Of a stretch of DNA of 55,967 bases, positions 13,401 to 22,006 are shown one piece after another. Below the pieces are notes generated by a model. That model saw only the letters and a program-made list of their open reading frames with translations. It was not told where the DNA came from and did no database searches. The stretch comes from Spirogloea muscicola (Eukaryota): positions 964,599 through 1,020,565 of the forward strand of contig WELB01000009.1 in assembly GCA_009602725.1 (NCBI GenBank), given 5' to 3'. A program made the position numbers and the translations under genes. How positions within the stretch are numbered: the first letter of the stretch is position 1; each line of letters opens with the position of its first letter.

Positions 13401-16400
13401 AGCATCACTGCCAGCGAGCACCTGCGTCAGCACTGCAGCACGGCGCTGCTCCATGAGCACCGCCTACCTCTCGCAGGAGCTCGCGTGCCGAAAGGTATGT
13501 ATCACAGAGCAGGCGCCCAGCAACGCATGCCAGCGTGCCAGGGCCGGCGCCGCCTCCGCCGGCAAGGCCGCCGCCGCCACCAAGGCGTGGCATCTGCCGT
13601 CGCTTCAGCTTCCCAATGGCGGACCAGTTTCCTACCTTGCATGCCTGTGCTGCATCCACGACAATGGCTGGTCAGAGAGTGGCCGGCTCCTGCGTGGCTG
13701 GCCGTGCACGCTGCGCTGGTCAGGGCAGCAGCGTCAGGGCAGCACCTGGAGGCGGTGGAGAAGAACGTCGAGGCCAGAGGCGGCAACATTGTGGCCGACA
13801 AGCACGTCGGCGTCCAGCTTCACAAGCCGTGCCAGCAGGAAGCTCAGCAGCTCCCTCTCGCTCCCCTTCTTGCTGAAAGCAGCGGGCTCGCCACCGCTGC
13901 TTGCATTCATGCGCGCCAACTCGGCATCGAAACCCATGGGGAACACGCCGCCGTCGAGGCGCCGGACAGCGCTGAAGTGGCCCAGCATGTGTGCAGTGTT
14001 CCACTCCGTCATTGGCGTCGGCCCGTCTATCTGCAGCCACGTATGAGGCACTCAAGCCATAGTCAGCGAGCCCAAGATTTCTTTCAAAAGGGCAGATCAG
14101 TCAGTCGGAGGAAAAGGGAGAGCAAGGAGGAGAAAGACAAGGACCTACCCAAAGCTAAAACGATAAGAGGTATTGCCATCAGACACAAATATGATGAGCA
14201 AGAAAGAGGTATAGCACTTTGACATTTTAAGTGTTGCCAGGGAGGTGTGGAGGGAGGAGGGGGGGATGGCAACGGGACAGAAGACAGTGTCAGTGAGGCA
14301 GCTCAATTGCTTATACAAGCTGTGTTGAGGCCCACCTTGACTGCACGGCAGTATACGACCGATGCCGAGGCAATCTCGCTGACGTTGCGCTGGGGGTCTA
14401 TGACCGTCTTGAGGTCCAGGGATGCAACCACGAGCCGTGGGCTCGGGCGGGCCGCTGCCGGCGGCGCTGCTCCCACGTCCTTGGGCGATCCCACTGCGAC
14501 CTCCATGCGGCAGTGGCTCACCTGCCACCACAGCCTCCCCAGCCAGGCATTGAGCCCGGCATTCCCTAGTACAATACGCATGAATTGTTCTGGACTATGT
14601 TCATGTTTCAGCTTTTGCATTTGCTGGCCCGATGGGGAGCTTGCTGATGCAATCTGACACCACCTGATACAATCTGGCAGTTTAGCTGGGCTTATTGTGA
14701 AGTAATAGGTGACATGAGCAAGGGGAGGAGGGGGGGGGGTGCAGATGGAGGGCAAACAGGCGGGGCGGACAGGAGGGGCCATCTCCCACCTGGCCGTGAA
14801 GGACCTGGACGCAGTCGCGGATGGCGAGCCAGCTGGGCCCCTTGATCTTGCGCTTGAGAAGCAGCAGCTCCAGTGCACTGCCACAGCACGCCACAGTAGT
14901 CTGGCTGGACATTTGATGTGCTTCTTATGAGCGCCTCGTACTCTGTGCACTCAGGGCCAGTGCAATGCATCCGATAAGTGAGCAGGTGCCTACCTTGTGT
15001 TGGTCCCAAAGAGGCCTGCAAAGTGCTCCCCATGGAGGTCCATGGGCAGGGCGGGGTCCTACATGCAGACAAGAGCCTCGCGTCACAACTGAGGACGGTG
15101 CTTGAAGTCACAAGAGCAGCCGCCAGCCACTGTCGGGCATGTGGGAGGAGGAACGACTCGTGATGAGGAGGGAGAGAGGAGGGAAATGAGACCGAGAAGG
15201 GGTACACTAGCTTCAGACAGTACTGCTCGCCAGCTGGAATCCCGGCCCGCTCGAATGCGTAGGACCTCTGCAAGCGCTTGCCGCAACTCGATCAAGGCTC
15301 GTTACTGTGACGGCGAGGCCCCCTCAGTGCAGCCGCCGCAAGCCATGAGCACCGAATGGCGGTTTGCAGTGGCAGCGGATGAACCTTGACAGGCACCATG
15401 GTGAAGCTGGCCACGCCAAGCCTGGCGAGCTGATCCCGCAGCTCCTGCTTGAGTGGCGCCGCTAGCACCTGCGCCGCTCGGCCGGCACTCAGCAACCGCA
15501 GCCGACGAGTCATTGCAATTTGCTCAGTCGGCAGTCAGCGCTCGTGGCAGACACAAGTGGTGCGCATGACGACCGCCAGCACGGTAGCCCACCTGAAGCC
15601 GCTTGGTGAGAGCAAGTGAGGCGCCGGGTTCACCGTGGGATACTGCCGCCTCCAGCGCAGCAGCCTCGGGGTCGGCACCTGGAGCGAGCGGGCCTCCTGG
15701 CGTTGGGACAGCGAACACGCAGCGCTGTAGGCCCTTCACGACCACGCAGCAGCTCACACATCCGCCGCCGCTGCTTGGGCTGCCAACGGTCATCGCTACT
15801 TTGCCGAAGAGGTAGACATTGCCGGGTGTGCCGCTGCCGCCGCTGCCAGCGAAGGCCGCCTCCTCATGCGCATCGAGCAGAAAGAACGGCAGGCTGCCAT
15901 CCGCATCCAGCGGCAATGCGCCATTGCCACTGGCGGCAGCCGCGTCGTCGTCGTCGGAGCCCGCCACTGCTACTTGCGGTGAACCTTTCGATTCATGGCC
16001 GACGACGGCAGCAGCTGCGGAGGCCTTCATAGCCGCCTGCCAGCCCGCCGAGGCCGTCTCTGCCTGGCCGGCCAGCGACGTCCAAGCGTTCAAGCTGGGC
16101 CGCCGATGATCCTCCTCCGCCGCCGGCAGGACCTCGTCGGCGGCTGCGCAGCCGGTGCCGCTGACCAACGCGCTTGCCTCCTCAGTGTTGCTGGCCTCCC
16201 CACCGGCAACTGCTGCCAGCCGGGTGCCACCACCTGCATCCTCATGAGGCCTGCGGAGGCTGCTCGCGGCTGGCACCGGCGCCATCGACTCCACAGGCCC
16301 GGCGTCGACCAGGTCCTCGACTGAGCTGCGGGCCGGGACGGTCATTGGGATCGCGGCAACAGTCTCCTCCTTCGCGCCAGAGCGCAGCATTGCGGTCAGA

Positions 16401-17288
16401 GGAGCGCCGCCCTCAGCGGCAGCAGGCAGCCGGGCCTCTGCTTGCCACGGCACGGGCAGTCCTGCCGAGCAGGCCGCAAAGAATGGCAGGCAATGTCAGT
16501 ACTAGTGCTGCGTGGCCCCAGAGCGTCTATGGCGACCATGGAGCTCGCTGATGTGTCCAGCCAGTGGTGGAGATGTGAGAGGCGCCGCCAACACGGCAAT
16601 GGTCAGCGGAGCCCATCAAAGTGGCGTCGTTGACCTCGCCGGCGCCGCTTCTCGCGCTCGCGGTCGAGGTCGTCGGCGCCGATGCCGGCAAGGATGTCGT
16701 CCAGGAGGCTGTCCGCGTCGCCTGCCCATCCGCCGCCTCCTCCGCTGGGCCGCGCGGCTGCGGCAAACATGCTGGCCACGTTGCGACGGCCAGGGGCCGC
16801 CGCCCCCGCCGCGACGGCGGCCTTCTTCGCCGCCGCGTCGCCGCCCCGCTTCGTGTTGGTCCTCCTCGCAGCTGGCCGGCCATAGCCAATTGCTAGCGCA
16901 CCGTCAGCGGCAAAGGCCCGGAGAAACGTTTGCATGGGAAGCAGCGTCCAACGAGTCGTGCCGGGCCAGGCCCTCACCGTGGCCGTCGCGGCGGGCATGG
17001 CCGTCGCCGCCGTCGGCGCCGCCGTCCTCCTCCCCGCTGTCCTCCTCGGCGTCGCCGCGCGCGCGGTCCCACTCGTCCTCCTCGCCGATGTCGGCGTAGC
17101 CGAGGCCGTCGTCGCCGACGACGAAGCCGCCGGCGGCCTGCCGGCGGCGCGCCACCAACGCCGCGTACTCCGCCTCCGGCACCTCGTCGTACACGCGCTC
17201 CTCCAGCTTCAGGCTGAACGTGTCCACACGGCGGCCCCCACCGCCGCCGCCGCCGCCGCCGCCACTCTTCCNCCTCCGCCATCGCCAT
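7413..17288 (-). CDS. POLA1: DNA polymerase alpha catalytic subunit (family B), about 25 exons
   Basis: N-terminal Pol-alpha motif [59 protein letters not shown]. Polymerase motifs [90 protein letters not shown]-terminal Zn-finger cysteines and [13 protein letters not shown] at 17288 or 17282; an N at 17272 obscures the start. Stop at 7413-7415. Confidence 0.96.
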
Positions 17289-17296
17289 CACCGGCC

Positions 17297-17330
<34 letters not shown>

Positions 17331-17384
17331 GTCTGGGGGGCCGCCGCGAGAACGAAGGGCCCCAATTTCGTAGCCGCTGCCTTG

Positions 17385-17392
17385 GCGCCAAA
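17385..17392 (-). promoter_or_regulatory. E2F binding site (TTTGGCGC) upstream of Pol alpha
   Basis: The + strand gcgccaaa reads TTTGGCGC on the - strand, matching the TTTSSCGC E2F consensus. It lies ~100 bp upstream of the POLA1 start; replication genes are classic E2F targets. Confidence 0.7.
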
Positions 17393-18084
17393 TTTCACTC
17401 CCGTCAGGCGTCAGCAGCGTCAGGACTTGCACGGTCATGCGTCAGCGGTGTCAGGACATGCAGGGCCCCGGGGCGCCACCCGGCACGTGGCAGGCGTCCA
17501 GGTCCCCCTGACCGCCGCCGGCCGGCTGCGGCCGCGCGACGATCCCTAAACGGCTCGGCGCGCTTACGGATCCGACGGCCCGCGTTGGCTCTTCCGCACG
17601 AAAGGTGCCAAGGAGTGCGAAACCGAGCCGGGGGGCCCCCACTCGACTTACGGATTGACGGGAAGCAGGACTCTGTCCGGCGCCCGTCGTTATGCCGCGG
17701 AATCGCTTGAAGGAGGATTCCGCAATTTGGGAACAGGTGACGCCGCAAATTGCGAATTGGGAGAAAAGGGAGACGCGCCGTGGCGGCAGCTGCACATAGG
17801 CCCACGGATGCAATTTGCAATAAGCAACGATATGAATAGAAGAGAAAAAGGGCGCGCGCGGAGGGCCAAAATGAGCCAATAATACACTGTTCATTCAAAA
17901 GCCAGTGGAGGAAGTGGGGCTACATGAAACCGAAGCCCTGGAGGCGGCGACGAGGAAAATCTCGAAATTGCTCCGGGTGGGCCCTTCCCGCCCAGGCCCC
18001 AAAGAAGGCCGCGGATCAGTTCAGTTCCCCACATCTACAGTGAGCCGCAGCTTCGCCTTCGCCTGGTCGCCGGCTGCGGCACGA

Positions 18085-18118
<34 letters not shown>

Positions 18119-18221
18119 GGGCTCTCCGGCGGTGGCGGCTCGGCGCGGCGGCGGCACTCACTTGCGGCGCGGCCGGCAACCGGGCTAGCCATCGTCCAGA
18201 ATCCCAAGCCGGCCCGTCGCC

Positions 18222-18982
18222 ATGGCCTCTGAGCAGGTCCCGAAGGCGTCGGAGGGCCTTGCGGTGGCGGCGGATACTGCGGTGGCTCCGGCAGGCGTGC
18301 CGGAGGCGGAGGTGTCGGTGGCGGAGACAGCAAAGCCGGTCGAGGCGGTGCCGTCCTTGGAGCGCACCGACAACGTGGAGGCGGACAAGGCTGGCGATGT
18401 TGGGGAGACGATTGTTGACAAGGCGGTGCGCGACGGGGCCAACACCGACGGGAAGGAAAACGGCGCTCCGGCGGCAGTCGACGAGAAGGCCGGCATTGAG
18501 AAGGCTGGCGCAGACAAGATCGCAGTTGAGGACAAGGCAGAGGAGCCAGCTGCTGCTGAGGGGGCAGGGGAGGTTGTCACTGAGGATGCCAAGGAGGACG
18601 ATGGTGAGGATGGAACAAAGAGTGGAGTGACGACACGAGCTGCCAAGAGGAAGTCGAAAGGTGGCCGCCTGTTTATCCTGTTCTCGCTTCTGCCTCTATT
18701 TCTCCTGCCTGGCATGCTTGGGGAGGCCCCAAGCATACATTACAAGCAACCTTCTATATACATGGCAATCAAGCAGGCTCTTTTCACCTTGTAGGTCATG
18801 TCTGTCTACTAAACAGTCACTGAGAAAGCCATCAATGACATCAGCATGCTTGACAGGTAGCAAGCTTACTGCACTCAGCAATGGCAGTTGGGGCTCAAGG
18901 TCTGTTCATTGTGTCATCGAATGGTGCAGGTGGAGAGGAGGCCATAGATGCCAAGAAGCCAAATGTTGAGGTGGAGGCCTGA
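18222..18982 (+). CDS. Small acidic, low-complexity (Ala/Glu/Asp/Lys-rich) protein, 163 aa, 2 exons, putative C-terminal bipartite NLS
   Basis: Exon 1 18222-18660 (gccATGG context, GC3-rich codons), GT-AG intron 18661-18929, exon 2 18930-18982. Ends ..RAAKRKSKGGEEAIDAKKPNVEVEA*. No family recognised. Confidence 0.75.
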
Positions 18983-20845
18983 ATCACGCTGTCGCTTACT
19001 GTCCCACCACAGGACATTTACCTGAGCACATTGTGTTGCATGGATGTGCGTCCAAGTAAGGAGCACTGATGTGCAATTCTGAAATATATCTGAGATAGCA
19101 CCAGTTGATCTGTAAGGTGCCTCTATCTTCCTCTGCCTCTTACTTTTGAAGCAGTTCCCATCAGGCACGTAGGTCAGTTGCTCCGGCCCCCCACGGATGG
19201 GGACTTGCCTGCATGAGAAGGTTGGCCTTGATAGCAGCAGGAAATCGGACATTTTGGCCATTGAATGACTGAGCATTGTGGGAAAGCTGATTATTAGTAC
19301 TTGAGTTACTTGCTCAGCATTTATGGCAAGGTGGAGCGCAAGCTCCTAAGCTGTATTGTTTATGTTAACAACTTATTCTTCCTCATGACTGTTGGTCACT
19401 CATCTCGTGCTGTTCGTTGGCATTGCAGCCAAATATGTGCCAGCTGTTCATTCCTAATGTGAGATTTTCCATGTCCATATGCATAGAGCCTTAGAAGAGT
19501 CTTGCTACGTGCCTGGTGCTTGACCTTGACAAAATGGCTCGCAATACTGGACATGGATTGCAATGACTTGAGTACCTTGATTTAAGCAACTTCTGCATAG
19601 TAAATTACCAACTCAAAAACGCTAGTTGCTTCTACACAGCTTATCCATGTGACTCGATCAACTCAATGTCAGCAACATTCAGTCCAGTTCTGCTGGAAGA
19701 AGTACAGCAATGGCTTTGTCAGTTAGTTGTTGCTGCACACTGCAGCGAATGCCACATCTGCATGTCTAGATGTTATTATTGCACTTTGCATTGCATTTTC
19801 TAAGCACTCAGATCCACTAAGCTTTGCTAGGCTGTCTAAGCTTCAAAACACGCTCACAGTCCCTCACACACAGCTGCCGTGTCAACTGCAGATAATATGG
19901 TACTTTGCTTTTTGACTTCAAAAGATCGTAGTGTGCTTGAAATACTGCTGCAAGTCTCCGACGAGCTTGGGGCATAGAATTCCACAGGCACTAGTTGCAT
20001 GGTAAAAGTGCTGGCGTTTGCTAAGTGCAGTGCTCTCAAGCTTTGACTAATCTTCGACATGCTGGGCACGCATCAAGCAAGGCCACTGGCTTCCGTGGCG
20101 GGGCTCCGGCTCCGGCTCCGGCTCTCCAAGCTTGTCAGATTGTTATGCCCACTCGTGGGAACTGACGTCCCCATTCAGCCGATCCTCGCACAATCACCTT
20201 AGGCCCCCTTAGCACAGGGCTTCACTTTGTGTAGCCCCAACTTGATACTAGCTTTGCCTGAATAGTGTACTGGCTTGGTTCGGCCTTCCTTTCATACATG
20301 TTCTTCTCGCGCCTTCTCTCTCCTCCTCTGGGCGTGACCCCTTGCGGCCCCTTCGGACCTTGTCTATCCCTTCTTGGGTTTTGGGCTGGCATTATAGCCC
20401 TCGCCTCCTTCGGTGCCACTTTCTTTCGCTTCTTCCACCACAAGGAATGAATATGGAATAAATAGCTCCTCCAATTTCCAAAGTAAGGCAACGGCTGTGA
20501 GAGGCCAGCCCATAGAGATAAGTGCTCGCCCATCGAGAAGAGGGGCTGGCAAAGCCAGCTCCTAAAAGAATGGACAATGTCCAAAACCAAAGGAAGAGGA
20601 GCCGGAAAAAGGACTACACTACAAAACACTGCAAAGCACGGAGACGATGCAGAGGGAAGCTCAGTATCCACGATTGAGCAACATCAGGTCTGAGTAGCTC
20701 GCTGCAGGGAAAGAAGCACTCCGCCGAGACCCAGAGGCGGGGCCATAGCACGGCCTGCTCGCGTGTGAACGGCGTGGGCAAGGGAGCGTTAAAAGAAGAA
20801 AGGGCTCGCCCATTGAGGATAGGGGCTGGACAAGCCAGCCCAAAA

Positions 20846-21349
20846 AAGAATGAACAAAGAACGAGAAGGGGGCCAGAGGAAGCCAGAGGAAGCGCTAAGA
20901 AACCAAAGCACACAAAGAAAGAAAGCAGCTACAAATTACTCAGTAACCCCTGCTAAGCAGCCGCATATCAGAGAGGCTAGGGTCCTGGAAGTGGGTCCCC
21001 TGGACAGAGCCAGAGGATACCGCCAGGCGCATGCGGAAGACTTGGGCGATCGAACCGGCGGCGTTGAAGCCGGCATCGCCCCTGGCAGACCCGGCCGCCA
21101 GTTAATGGCCTGGCGGGCAAGCCGCTGAAGGAGATCCAGCCAGCGGCTGCCGAAAGAAAGTGCTCGCCAATTGAGAACTGGGGCTTTCCGAAAGCCTCCA
21201 AAAGAACGTGCAAGGTCTACAAGAATGAACAAAGAACGAGAAGGGGGCCAGAGGAAGCCAGAGGAAGCGCTAAGAAACCAAAGCACACAAAGAAAGAAAG
21301 CAGCTACAAATTACTCAGTAACCCCTGCTAAGCAGCCGCAAATCAGAGA
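20846..21349 (+). repeat. 129-bp direct repeat (20846-20974 and 21221-21349), one mismatch
   Basis: aagaatgaacaaagaacgagaagggggccagagg...cagtaacccctgctaagcagccgca[t/a]atcagaga occurs twice, 375 bp apart. Confidence 0.95.
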
Positions 21350-21658
21350 TCCTACAAGGGCCGGACGGCGCGCAAAAAAAGCAGGATACGGGAAGGGACG
21401 AAGAGTACCAGACCACCGAGTAAACCCTGGCCGACAGGCGAGGTCGGGCACACGGGCCGCACACCGGCGGGGCAAGGAGGAACAGGTACAGTGGGGTGGT
21501 TGGTTGTAGACATCAAGCGCAGGCTGTTGGGGCGCCGCCGGGACGTCACTGGGGCCTGCTGCGCCTCGAAGCGCTGATGGCCTCACGAAACGCCTCAGCC
21601 CGGGATCAAACCCGAGACCCGCAGCTCCTCCTCCAGATTCTCACCCCGCGCCGCCTGC

Positions 21659-21759
21659 CTGCCACGTGGCAGCGCGCTTCGGCTGGGGCGCCGGGCTGCC
21701 ACCGGACGCTGTGGGCGGGCCTCCTTGAGCTGACGCGTGGCGAGCAGGTGCCACGCGTC
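21659..21759 (+). promoter_or_regulatory. G-box/ABRE palindrome plus an inverted pair of CE3-like ACGCGTG motifs in the transaldolase promoter
   Basis: ctgcCACGTGgcag is a 14-bp palindrome at 21659-21672. gacgcgtggc (21732-21741) and its reverse complement gccacgcgtc (21750-21759) follow. All lie 250-350 bp upstream of the ATG. Confidence 0.45.
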
Positions 21760-22006
21760 GGGCACTGAGGGGGATGGGGGTCCCGATGAATGATGTACTG
21801 GAACAGAGGCCTCGCAGCAGGTAGCTGTGAGCGCATAGCTCCCCTACAAATCAAATATTTCCCGAAAGGGATTTGACAACGGAAGTACAACCACCATCAA
21901 ACCCTCAGGGCGCCCTCTCATCTTCCCTCTGCCCTCCCGCCGCAGACCCCGCCGCCATCCCCGGCGCGTCTCCCGGCCCGCCGTAGCCACTCACTCCCGC
22001 TCCGCC

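Noticed and set aside
14990..15060. Apparent frameshift in the Pol alpha exon (ORF track shows [11 protein letters not shown])
   Set aside because: Read from the true acceptor, the exon gives [22 protein letters not shown] in frame; there is no frameshift.
16934..18630. Long overlapping ORFs rich in poly-Ala/Arg/Pro
   Set aside because: Shadow frames of GC-rich exons and (GCC)n microsatellites near gene 5' ends.
20846..21349. CRISPR-like repeat-spacer array
   Set aside because: Repeats are 129 bp with only 2-3 copies, the context is eukaryotic, and there are no cas genes.
21374..21520. Telomerase RNA or Pol III gene candidate (TAAACCCT at 21421; A7 run at 21374)
   Set aside because: The template-like 8-mer is on + but the T-run terminator is on -. 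No USE/TATA promoter or recognisable TR, SRP, MRP or snRNA motifs were seen.
20222..21586. ORFs of 60-150 aa in the repeat island
   Set aside because: No recognisable domains, no consistent codon bias or splice structure; they are by-products of the repeats.
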